Shown here piece after piece: positions 36,024-44,269 of a DNA stretch of 64,000 nt. Both the position numbers and the translations under genes were made by a program. This DNA is from a virus (Duplodnaviria > Heunggongvirae > Uroviricota > Caudoviricetes), in IMG/VR virus record IMGVR_UViG_3300029922_000040; one strand, given 5' to 3'. The notes below the pieces were generated by a model. It was given only the letters and a program-made list of their open reading frames with translations, ran no database searches and was not told the DNA's origin. The first letter of the stretch is position 1; the number at the start of each line of letters is the position of its first letter.

Positions 36024-38594
36024 ATGAATTTCTCAGAAGTAAAAGCACACAGTATCGACGGGGTGTTCTACCTGACGATGAGCACCCACCCCGAACTTGC
36101 CAAGAAGGGCCGTCCTTTGGCACTCGTCAAATCTGGAAGTATGACGTTCTCCGACAATCAAGTAGCATTCAAGGGAGAGTCTTATCCCTTGGGGCTCACT
36201 CTCGCTGAGAACACCCCTTTAACCATCATTTTCACCAACCACAACAGCCGAGTGTTCAACATCGAACGCGGTGTGCAAACCAAGAAGCTTGAGAACGGTG
36301 ACCTTTTCTTCCAAGGCGAGAACCGCAACCATGGTAACAAGACCAAGGAAGAAATAGCAGCCAAAGGGACCGGCTACCTCACCCTCAAGAACCGGCTGTT
36401 CTACCATCATCGTGGTGTGGAGACCTCCGGTGCAGTTTTACCCAAGTGGGCCGCAGATAAGAAGACCAACTGGCGCTTGGTATGGAATATTCTCGCCTTG
36501 TTACTCCAATGGACTTTGCAGAAGAGCGAGGATGTTGGAGACACAACAACAAACTGGACACCACACATCAAAAGTGTTGCCATGCTTCTAACCGACGATA
36601 GGGAGGTGTCTGCATACCGTCGCACGACGTTGTCAGCCGAATCCACGGCCATCATCGAGCGCATCCGCAAAGTGATTGTGGACTCCATGAACGCTCACTA
36701 TGCTACTCGTGGACGCGAGGCTAAGTTACCTCTCCCGAAAAATCTTCGCGACAACGCCAAATACCCAGCCAACTTTTCTGACCTTCGCTACTTCATATAC
36801 CGCCTCGACAAGTATGAGAAGGAAGAAAAGGTTAAGGTTCTCGTTTGTGGGGTGGCTGAGAGCGACCCGGAGACCCTTCTCGCTAATTATCTGAAAACAG
36901 AACTGGGTAAATTGAAACGCCACAAAGAGCCCCTCAAAGCACTCAAGGCGCTTTTCACCAATATAGAGGAAACCAACTGGGCCGATGGCATGGGGGAGGT
37001 CTGGATGAATGGTGCAAAGCCATGGAGCGGTAACCTCTTCAATTACATCGGCAAGATGCTGGCTGTCCCCCCCGCAGAAATGGGTGAAATATCCACTCGC
37101 TTTCAAGCTGTGTTGAAACAGCGTGAATCGAAGAATAGTCCTTACGACAAAGGCTGGCCGAAACACATCCGCATTGATGAGGACACATGGCAGGTCTCCT
37201 ACGACGTACGTGGAAAGAAAACCCTCCGGGAAGTGCTGGATAACAAGGTTCCGCATATCCAGTTCACCGCCCCGCTGGATTCAATCAACACTGGAAAAGC
37301 ATTTCGTCACACCGTAACGGCTGTTGGCGACGACTTTGTGGTCACACCTGAGTTCAAGCCTATGACACCGGGCTCCTGCGCTGCCAAGCGGTCATTGCAC
37401 GGCGTTTCACTCACCGATGGCAAGGGCACCGACCCCTTCAAGTTGGCCGTCCTAGTTCACCGTGATGATGTTGACCTGAACGCTAAGGTGAAAAAGGTCA
37501 TTGTGTCCTTCAAGACAGAGAAGCGCAAAGTGGTTAAATACGCCGACCAAAATGGTCGAAACTCTGGTCTTGCGGCACCAGCGACCAAGCAGGTGCCCCA
37601 GTGCTACCTCAACTTCTGCCTTGCAGAAGTCAAGACTAACGAGAAGTACGATACGCGGGGCACCGGGTCGGCAAAGCTCACCCTCGGATGGAAGCTGGCG
37701 AAAGACGACCAGTTGAAAATCGTTACCGAGTCTCTTCCGACCGGGCAGACAAACGACTACTACTTGCCTCTCGGCGAAGAGTGGAAGACCGAAGGACTCT
37801 TCGCTGAAGGATGTGACAGCACGAAGAAGGGCAACGTTTGGTCGCGCAAGTCGGGGTATACACTGGCATTCCGCACGTTATACGGATGGCCGGGTGAGGA
37901 AGCCATTAAAAATGCCCAGAAGGCAGAACTTCAGGCACACTTCCGCACAAATACTTTGACGTACAATTGGCTTAAGACTACCCTCTTGTCACTACCGGAG
38001 CAGCTTGACCTTCTGCTCAACGCGGCCAAGGATGAGGGGTACAAGCTTATGACTGAGGAGCAGCGGAACATTGTTGACGCGGCAGGTTGGCGTATGGTTC
38101 GCCAGTCTGGCATGGTTCGTTACATCAACGAACTCCGCATTGGTGCCGGGACGCTAACTACAACCTACAACACTAACCCAAGTCGTCAGAGCGAGAAGTC
38201 CAAACCGCTCGGCTCTAACCCCGAACTCCTTCGTCTCTGGCTTCGCTGGCTTGAGTTCAACGACCGCCTTCGCACTGTAGAGCGTATGGTGCGTGAGAAC
38301 CTGTTGGGACGCCGTAAAGCTTACTACTATGTTCTCGCACACCGCATCTGCGACCATGCGTCAACCATCTCTTACAAGAAATTGAACCTCAAGGACGCTT
38401 CAGAGAAAGAGACCCGCGCCAAGAAGAAGGACAAGGGCGACAAAATGGCTTCCGATGCTTCGCAGAAGTACCGCTCGTGGGCATCACTGGCCGAATTTAC
38501 AACCATCCTCAAGCACGTCGCATTCAAGCGTGGCGTGACGGTCGAGGAGGTTGTTGAAGCCCTTGTTGACAAAGCTCTGGCCGCGTCAGCTTAA
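36024..38594 (+). CDS. large hypothetical protein (856 aa) immediately upstream of the CRISPR array; candidate array-associated effector. The function assignment itself is low confidence.
   Basis: Clean ORF ending in a strong terminator 100 nt before the array. No HNH, HEPN pair or Zn finger is present. Weak RuvC-like D..E..D candidates lie in the C-terminal 200 aa: NIVDAAGWRMVRQSG, MVRENL and SDASQKY. Confidence 0.8.
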   Translation: MNFSEVKAHSIDGVFYLTMSTHPELAKKGRPLALVKSGSMTFSDNQVAFKGESYPLGLTLAENTPLTIIFTNHNSRVFNIERGVQTKKLENGDLFFQGENRNHGNKTKEEIAAKGTGYLTLKNRLFYHHRGVETSGAVLPKWAADKKTNWRLVWNILALLLQWTLQKSEDVGDTTTNWTPHIKSVAMLLTDDREVSAYRRTTLSAESTAIIERIRKVIVDSMNAHYATRGREAKLPLPKNLRDNAKYPANFSDLRYFIYRLDKYEKEEKVKVLVCGVAESDPETLLANYLKTELGKLKRHKEPLKALKALFTNIEETNWADGMGEVWMNGAKPWSGNLFNYIGKMLAVPPAEMGEISTRFQAVLKQRESKNSPYDKGWPKHIRIDEDTWQVSYDVRGKKTLREVLDNKVPHIQFTAPLDSINTGKAFRHTVTAVGDDFVVTPEFKPMTPGSCAAKRSLHGVSLTDGKGTDPFKLAVLVHRDDVDLNAKVKKVIVSFKTEKRKVVKYADQNGRNSGLAAPATKQVPQCYLNFCLAEVKTNEKYDTRGTGSAKLTLGWKLAKDDQLKIVTESLPTGQTNDYYLPLGEEWKTEGLFAEGCDSTKKGNVWSRKSGYTLAFRTLYGWPGEEAIKNAQKAELQAHFRTNTLTYNWLKTTLLSLPEQLDLLLNAAKDEGYKLMTEEQRNIVDAAGWRMVRQSGMVRYINELRIGAGTLTTTYNTNPSRQSEKSKPLGSNPELLRLWLRWLEFNDRLRTVERMVRENLLGRRKAYYYVLAHRICDHASTISYKKLNLKDASEKETRAKKKDKGDKMASDASQKYRSWASLAEFTTILKHVAFKRGVTVEEVVEALVDKALAASA

Positions 38595-38604
38595 AAACGA
38601 GAAA

Positions 38605-38638
38605 CGCGAGAGGATAATCAATACTCTTCTCGCGTTTT
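38605..38638 (+). terminator. rho-independent terminator after the 856-aa gene
   Basis: About 10-bp stem at 38605-38614 / 38625-38634, then TTTT 38635-38638. Confidence 0.55.
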
Positions 38639-38643
38639 CCTGA

Positions 38644-38672
38644 GGTTCTAGTTAAGGCAATTGGTGTATAAT
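38644..38672 (+). promoter_or_regulatory. extended -10 promoter (TGtTATAAT) for the CRISPR array leader
   Basis: TG 38665-38666 and TATAAT 38667-38672, about 20 nt upstream of the first repeat. Confidence 0.4.
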
Positions 38673-38692
38673 CTATGGGTTGGGGCTATCCT

Positions 38693-39468
38693 CCTGTAGA
38701 CTTACTGGATTTGAAGGCTGAATCCAACATAGCCGCCGATGCGTATATAGGTTCCTAACCTGTAGACTTACTGGATTTGAAGGCTGAATCCAACGGGAGA
38801 GCCCGAGGATAAAATCAATGGAGACCTGTAGACTTACTGGATTTGAAGGCTGAATCCAACAGAGATGATTGTTAATGAAAAGACATCAACCCTGTAGACT
38901 TACTGGATTTGAAGGCTGAATCCAACGTAACTTGGGTTGTGCCATAGGTGGCAACACCTGTAGACTTACTGGATTTGAAGGCTGAATCCAACCCAGCATA
39001 CTGAGGGCCGTCATTGGTTCTCCCTGTAGACTTACTGGATTTGAAGGCTGAATCCAACTAGATCAGGTATTCGGAGTCTGAGTAAAGCCCTGTAGACTTA
39101 CTGGATTTGAAGGCTGAATCCAACAGTCAGCTTTGGCACACCTGTAGATTTACTGGATTTGGAGGCTGAATCCAACGGAGGGATGTACCGTTGAACGTCG
39201 AAACCTGTATACTGGATTTGGAGGCTGAATCCAACATATTGCTGCACCGCTTACTGGATTTGAAGGCTGAATCCAACGAAGCTTGCCTTGGTACTGTCCC
39301 TGTAGACTTTACTGGATTTGAAGGCTAAATCCACCTACGGAACGCAGCCGTGATGTCTTTGGGTTGCCCGTATACCCACTGGATTTGAAGGCTGAATCCA
39401 ACCCTGATGGCACTCACGTGTGGATGGCGGAACCTGTAGACTTACTGGATTTGAAGGCTGAATCCAAC
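38693..39468 (+). CRISPR. CRISPR array: 13 repeats (6 intact, 1 intact with a truncated spacer, 5 degenerate or 5'-truncated, then a final intact repeat) with 12 spacers of mostly 30-31 nt
   Basis: Repeat CCTGTAGACTTACTGGATTTGAAGGCTGAATCCAAC has copies starting near 38693, 38759, 38825, 38891, 38957, 39023, 39089, 39141, 39205, 39249, 39299, 39377 and 39433. A 6-bp hairpin (TGGATT / AATCCA) sits near the repeat 3' end. Confidence 0.9.
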
Positions 39469-39540
39469 TTCGCTACGCTCACGGGAATTATGCTCTGCAA
39501 ATGGGTTTGTGGAACGAGCCCATCAAGAAGGGACTAAAAA

Positions 39541-39583
39541 AATCCCAAAAAACTATCCAAAACCTCGGAGTCTCCGATATACT
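39541..39583 (+). promoter_or_regulatory. conserved phage promoter copy 11, directly after the array
   Basis: TATCCA 39555-39560, 17 nt, TATACT 39578-39583; in-frame ATG at 39590. Confidence 0.5.
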
Positions 39584-39589
39584 ACATGT

Positions 39590-40003
39590 ATGAAGGAACT
39601 CCACATTACCTCATCGAAGATTGTGGTCTCGGCCAACAACCTGTGTAAGTCTGGGTACTCCGTCAGCCACAACGTGAAGGGTATCCTCCCCGGATGTCGT
39701 AAAGTTGCCATCCTTTTTGTTTCAACCAGCACAGGCTGTGTCTGGGTCAAAAATCTGTACAGCCACAACGGTGAGGCACACATCCATCCCGACCACTGGG
39801 CACAGCTTATCAAGGCCACGCCGGTCGTCTCCTCCACACTCAGGAACTTTGAGGTTACCCTGACCCCTGCGATTATCGCGGATGCTTACAACTACGTTAC
39901 GAGCATCACTGTTGAACCGGCCATCAGGAGCCAAGAGAAGTCCCCCAACTACATACCGAAGCTCGACCCTATGGTGGTCGTAGGAGATTCCAATGGCAAG
40001 TAA
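39590..40003 (+). CDS. hypothetical protein (MKELHITSS..., 137 aa)
   Basis: In frame with ORF 39509..40003; start placed downstream of the promoter. Confidence 0.5.
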   Translation: MKELHITSSKIVVSANNLCKSGYSVSHNVKGILPGCRKVAILFVSTSTGCVWVKNLYSHNGEAHIHPDHWAQLIKATPVVSSTLRNFEVTLTPAIIADAYNYVTSITVEPAIRSQEKSPNYIPKLDPMVVVGDSNGK

Positions 40004-40137
40004 GCGTCAAACAAAAAAGAAAGAGCCTGTGACCTACGAGGATTTTCTCGCTCACGAGTGGGAACAGTGGGGGTCGTCCCGCGCTCATGAACGTGTAAAC
40101 ATCCCTGAGCCGTCGTAAACCGTATGATGCCGGTCGA

Positions 40138-40713
40138 ATGCCGCGTCTTTGTTGGTGGACTGAGGCCAACCCTCTCGCACTCGAAAGCGACACAGCGTTC
40201 TCCCGGCCACGCCTCAACACCAACTACATCCAGACTTCGTTGGATAGCCTGATTCACATGGTGTACCACCGGGGTCTCATCGACAGCCCCGACTATCAGC
40301 GGGGCTATGTCTGGACTCTGGAAGACAAGCAGAAACTTATTCGGAGCATTTTCAACCGGGCTGACATTGGCAAGTTCGTTTTCCTTGAGGATGAGAACTA
40401 CCGTGAGTATCGGCTGGAAGTCATCGACGGCAAGCAACGGCTTCGGGCTATCACGGAATTTTACGAGGGTCGCTTCGAGTTTGAAGGTAAGACGTGGTAT
40501 CAGCTTTCACGGCGGGACAAATATGCGTTCTGCGACATCATGATTCAAGCGGCTACGCTACAACGTGGTAAAGTCAAGCGGTCGGATGTTCTCTGGCTGT
40601 TTCTCCAGTTGAACGCTGGCGGCGTCCCTCAGACCGAGGAGCACATCGCCTACGCTCGTAAGCTGTACGAGGCTGAAATTGCGAACGAGAAGGACATGGA
40701 AATAATTTCCTGA
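40138..40713 (+). CDS. DUF262 / ParB-like nuclease-domain (GmrSD N-terminal-type) protein
   Basis: DYQRGYVW and VIDGKQRL motifs. Confidence 0.6.
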   Translation: MPRLCWWTEANPLALESDTAFSRPRLNTNYIQTSLDSLIHMVYHRGLIDSPDYQRGYVWTLEDKQKLIRSIFNRADIGKFVFLEDENYREYRLEVIDGKQRLRAITEFYEGRFEFEGKTWYQLSRRDKYAFCDIMIQAATLQRGKVKRSDVLWLFLQLNAGGVPQTEEHIAYARKLYEAEIANEKDMEIIS

Positions 40714-40748
40714 AATAGTATCCAAAACGTTGGTGTCTCCGATATACT
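40705..40748 (+). promoter_or_regulatory. conserved phage promoter copy 12
   Basis: TATCCA 40719-40724, 18 nt, TATACT 40743-40748. Confidence 0.5.
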
Positions 40749-40768
40749 AATCATGTGGAGGAAACACC

Positions 40769-41017
40769 ATGAACGAGTTGAAAGCCCGGAAAGTCGCAAA
40801 CGAGAGGTTAGCTGCAATGCCGACCTACCACCCGTTCATCCCCATTGAAGACATCGACAGCATCCTGACCGCCGCAGGTTTCAACGGAATGGAACCCGCC
40901 ATCTTCTGCGGTCGCGAAGGTCGCAGCAATGAGCCGGTTGGTGAGAAGACTTGGCTGAGCATGACTTGGTACAAGATGCCCTCCGGTAACTACGAAATCG
41001 TCGCTTACGTTAGCTAG
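40769..41017 (+). CDS. hypothetical protein (82 aa)
   Basis: ORF with a ggagg SD. Confidence 0.5.
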   Translation: MNELKARKVANERLAAMPTYHPFIPIEDIDSILTAAGFNGMEPAIFCGREGRSNEPVGEKTWLSMTWYKMPSGNYEIVAYVS

Positions 41018-41033
41018 GAAAGGACACAGGATT

Positions 41034-41480
41034 ATGGGTCGGTTCTATGAAACACACGAAGACCGTCTTGAGGCTGAACTGAAGTATGAAATCTCTGTCC
41101 GTGACCTAGTTCCGGCGGGGCACTGGTGGTTCGCAGGATGGACAAACTGGTTCGACGCCCCACCTCCGGCCAATGTCGAGGTCGAGTACATGTATACCGA
41201 TGGACGCCGGTTTGGTATCAAAGTGTTTGAAGACCCGGCGAACACATGGTACTCCCCAGTTGCCTCTTGGTGGTGGCGTATCCCGCCTATCGGCCTGTAC
41301 TACAACCCTGACAACATGCCGCTGAAAACCTTCGTGCTGGTACGTGCCGACCTCGGACCACACTTCGCTACCGAGATGTGGGAACAGGCTCGCCGTCGCA
41401 TGGAATGGGCACCGACTCCACTGCCCTACAACTCCGCTCTGGCTCGTATTCAACGTGGAGAACTGGTGCCGTTGCAATGA
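41034..41480 (+). CDS. Trp-rich hypothetical protein (148 aa)
   Basis: ORF. Confidence 0.55.
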   Translation: MGRFYETHEDRLEAELKYEISVRDLVPAGHWWFAGWTNWFDAPPPANVEVEYMYTDGRRFGIKVFEDPANTWYSPVASWWWRIPPIGLYYNPDNMPLKTFVLVRADLGPHFATEMWEQARRRMEWAPTPLPYNSALARIQRGELVPLQ

Positions 41481-41510
41481 GGTTGCTTAACACCTTTAAG
41501 TTGAGACAAG

Positions 41511-41708
41511 ATGATTCGGAACATGGTTAACTTCCCTTTCCCTCAAGTCTGTGTCCACAATGTGGCCGGGAGTTTACTATCCATGCTGGAAGAGTACGGG
41601 GGCACCGATAATCTACCTCCTGAGGAACTGAAAGCGTTAGCCAGAGCCATCGTTAGGGCTGAGGACGATGAGTCGTATCGAATACTCACAGCCATCATTG
41701 GAGAATAA
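41511..41708 (+). CDS. small hypothetical protein
   Basis: ORF. Confidence 0.4.
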   Translation: MIRNMVNFPFPQVCVHNVAGSLLSMLEEYGGTDNLPPEELKALARAIVRAEDDESYRILTAIIGE

Positions 41709-41709
41709 C

Positions 41710-41886
41710 ATGCCAAATTCCTTTAGTCAGCGTCTCGAACTCGCCAAGAACATTCCAGCCAAGGTGCAGGAATTTCTGCACTCTTTGAACCGTCGCGAAG
41801 CCAGTGAACTATGGGATTGGCTGGACGCTGCCGGTACCGATGGTGGCCGTCTTCTCCAACATTTTGTCGAAAGGAAAATTATCTGA
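41710..41886 (+). CDS. small hypothetical protein (58 aa)
   Basis: ATG 41710 within ORF 41668..41886. Confidence 0.4.
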   Translation: MPNSFSQRLELAKNIPAKVQEFLHSLNRREASELWDWLDAAGTDGGRLLQHFVERKII

Positions 41887-42117
41887 TGCTGACATCGCAC
41901 ATGCAGATGTACGGTATGCGGCAATGAGGAGCTTTGTAAGCAGGAGTCTTGCGAAAGCCGCCCGGTCGCTTGGTTTTCATGGGCCGACAAGGCCCGGTGT
42001 AAGGCCCATGAAATACAAACTGAACCACCCGTCTGGCTGGATGTCTGGGAATTGCCAGAGAAACATCCACACTTCATGCACTAGCTTGGCATGTGAATGT
42101 GACTGCCATGGAAAAAT

Positions 42118-42161
42118 TATTCCGAAAAAAGTAGCCAAAAAACCTACGAGTTCGGTATACT
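42118..42161 (+). promoter_or_regulatory. conserved phage promoter copy 13 (leaderless configuration)
   Basis: TAGCCA 42132-42137, 18 nt, TATACT 42156-42161; ATG at 42168. Confidence 0.5.
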
Positions 42162-42167
42162 AAGGTC

Positions 42168-42500
42168 ATGGCAAAGATAACGGTACGTCCGGTAGGAGTT
42201 CGCAACGCAGATGTCGCCCACTGTGCAATCTGTGGTAGCAAGCGGTCAGCCGGATTTGGTACTTGCATCAACTTCTGCCACTGGCTGTTGCCGGGGTGGA
42301 TGGGCTGGAACGCCGTCCTCAAAGAAGTCGCCGTGAAGGACAATCGCGCTTTACCATTGGCCGCGATGCACAAGTGGGATGCTGAGAAGAGGCGCATTAA
42401 GGCTCCTTCCTTCCCGAAGCTGGTTGCCGCTGCTCGTTCGTTGGGCTGGGACGGTGACACCAACGCACCATCACAGCCGGTGTTTGTGGAGGCCGCATGA
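42168..42500 (+). CDS. hypothetical Cys-containing protein (110 aa)
   Basis: ORF. Confidence 0.5.
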   Translation: MAKITVRPVGVRNADVAHCAICGSKRSAGFGTCINFCHWLLPGWMGWNAVLKEVAVKDNRALPLAAMHKWDAEKRRIKAPSFPKLVAAARSLGWDGDTNAPSQPVFVEAA

Positions 42501-42618
42501 GATTCTTCATAATTCTCGCTATCAGCACCCTTGCCAGCGATGGGTACATATTAACGGCCAAAGGGTTTTCACCTCTGGTTTGCTTTTTCTGGAGCATCCT
42601 CAGAGACAGGAAGGCGAG

Positions 42619-42990
42619 ATGAAAACGACCGCAGAAATTATCGGCTGGCTCAAGCTCAAGACCCGACTTGGTCGGCTCGTTCATGCCGTCTGCGAGAAGG
42701 AGTCCTCCGAGTCATGGAACCCGAACCCTGAGTGGGAACCTACTGACATCTCGCTGGGCGACATCGTAAGCGATTTGGAGACCCTCCAAAAGCGTGAAAG
42801 CCCTGACTACGAGGCCAAGCGGTTGCTGGCGATGTCCGATGAGGAATTCAATGAACACCTTCGGTTCACCTTTCGCGTCGTGATGGCACGACACTCGTCA
42901 TTCCCGGCTGTCCGTGCGCTCATGGAAATGACTCGGTTGGAAGTTATGGCCGAGGTGAACGAGGCGTTTAACATTATGAAGGAAAGGTAA
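42619..42990 (+). CDS. hypothetical protein (MKTTAEII...)
   Basis: ATG 42619 with an aggaagg SD, within ORF 42379..42990. Confidence 0.5.
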   Translation: MKTTAEIIGWLKLKTRLGRLVHAVCEKESSESWNPNPEWEPTDISLGDIVSDLETLQKRESPDYEAKRLLAMSDEEFNEHLRFTFRVVMARHSSFPAVRALMEMTRLEVMAEVNEAFNIMKER

Positions 42991-43346
42991 TGACCTTGCG
43001 AATGGTATTGTCCATCATTCTTGCCGTCACTTTTGGGCTCCCGGCAGAAATCGGTTTCATCCGCTGGCCCGTTACCACGCTCATCGCTGTGTTGGTGGTA
43101 ACGACGACCTTGTATGTGCTGGGTCGTAAGCTTCAGATACGAGAACTGGGTTTGCATCTCACCGACACCTACACGGCGTATGCATTTCAGGCCGGTCGTC
43201 TCGGAATGCGTATCTGCCATCTGTGGGGTGGCAACTGGAACAAATGGGGACACAACCTCAAGTACCGTGTCACGTTTCAGTGGTTCCCAGCGTATACCGC
43301 AGACGTTGCGGCTGAAGGAGAGGTCGAGGATGGAAACTCTTTTTGA
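42990..43346 (+). CDS. membrane protein (118 aa)
   Basis: Hydrophobic ORF. Confidence 0.45.
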   Translation: MTLRMVLSIILAVTFGLPAEIGFIRWPVTTLIAVLVVTTTLYVLGRKLQIRELGLHLTDTYTAYAFQAGRLGMRICHLWGGNWNKWGHNLKYRVTFQWFPAYTADVAAEGEVEDGNSF

Positions 43347-43656
43347 AGTTCACTTTACTTCTGGTCTAATCGCAAAGGTTAATGCCGAGAAGACCACACC
43401 CAAGATGGTGTTTGTCGAACGTGGATTCAAGTGTATCCGCCGTGAACCATGGGTCAACGCCTACTCCGGCTTCTACCGCACCTTCCACGAGGCTCAGAAG
43501 GCCGGGAAGGATAGGTTTCAAACAGAGATTGATTCCTTGCTGGAGCGGTTGGCAAAGAAGATTATCCAGCACACCGCTATCACCAACCTCGAAGAGGATT
43601 ACGTTTACGACGCACCCGTGTTTCATAAACTGGACACTCGTGGCATCGAGATTTAG
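43330..43656 (+). CDS. hypothetical protein (METLFEV...)
   Basis: ATG 43330 in frame within ORF 43114..43656. Confidence 0.5.
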   Translation: METLFEVHFTSGLIAKVNAEKTTPKMVFVERGFKCIRREPWVNAYSGFYRTFHEAQKAGKDRFQTEIDSLLERLAKKIIQHTAITNLEEDYVYDAPVFHKLDTRGIEI

Positions 43657-43658
43657 CC

Positions 43659-43838
43659 ATGAAGACCAAGACCCTAAAGAAGACCGTCGTGACTATCGAA
43701 CTCACCTGTCCTCACTGTGAGGAAACCATTGTGGCTCCGGGTGGCTCTTTGTTTTGGATGGTAGCTGAGTTACCTTTGACCGGAACACTTTTAACCTGCT
43801 TCGACTGTGGCAAGCAGTCGAAGACACCGAGGGCATGA
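43659..43838 (+). CDS. small zinc-ribbon protein (CPHC...CFDCG)
   Basis: Unlisted 59-aa ORF. Confidence 0.4.
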   Translation: MKTKTLKKTVVTIELTCPHCEETIVAPGGSLFWMVAELPLTGTLLTCFDCGKQSKTPRA

Positions 43839-44269
43839 ATATGGATTTGGGACCGCTGAAATTCGTGGACAAGAACAAACCTGTAGACCTGTACGTTTTC
43901 ATCGACGCATGGTCTCTTTCCGAAAAGGCACAACACGCTTACAACGAAGGCGAAGCCGAACGCGCTGGAAGACAGGCCGAGAAGGCCGCTACCACCATCT
44001 TCAGGGCGTACCCGGAACTCCGTGAAGCTCCTACCTACGAGGAGTTGATGACCGTTCTTGAGTCGGCTGAGCACAGCAAGAAAGAAGTGGTCAACACCTC
44101 CCTTCAGTTGGCCTACGTTATGCTTATTGCGACCGGGGCGTACAAAGCTGACATCCAATCTGCTCGACTCATCTTGAATGCCATTCATACCTTCAACCCC
44201 ACGTTTTCGTATGGGTCGGAGCTTCTGGTTGTAAAGCCGGAGCCGGAGGCCGTTGATGCCACTGTCTAA
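43835..44269 (+). CDS. hypothetical protein (144 aa)
   Basis: ORF. Confidence 0.55.
   Translation: MNMDLGPLKFVDKNKPVDLYVFIDAWSLSEKAQHAYNEGEAERAGRQAEKAATTIFRAYPELREAPTYEELMTVLESAEHSKKEVVNTSLQLAYVMLIATGAYKADIQSARLILNAIHTFNPTFSYGSELLVVKPEPEAVDATV

Noticed and set aside
36024-38594. 856-aa protein as a Cas13-type HEPN effector
   Set aside because: Only one R-x4-H motif (RLFYHH) was found in the whole protein; Cas13 needs two HEPN motifs.
36024-38594. 856-aa protein as Cas12j/CasPhi
   Set aside because: There is no by-eye match to the CasPhi-2 RuvC-I, RuvC-II or Zn-finger blocks, and the repeat sequence is unrelated, even though locus layout and repeat hairpin position are similar.
38693-39468. 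Array transcribed from the minus strand, with its leader at 39470-39540
   Set aside because: A terminator followed by an extended -10 promoter lies immediately upstream on the + strand, and intact repeats cluster at that end. The sequence downstream of the array is the promoter of the next + gene.
41804-42163. ORF reading through promoter copy 13
   Set aside because: Its stop lies inside the -10 hexamer. Coding potential is probably limited to an internal start, or it is spurious.
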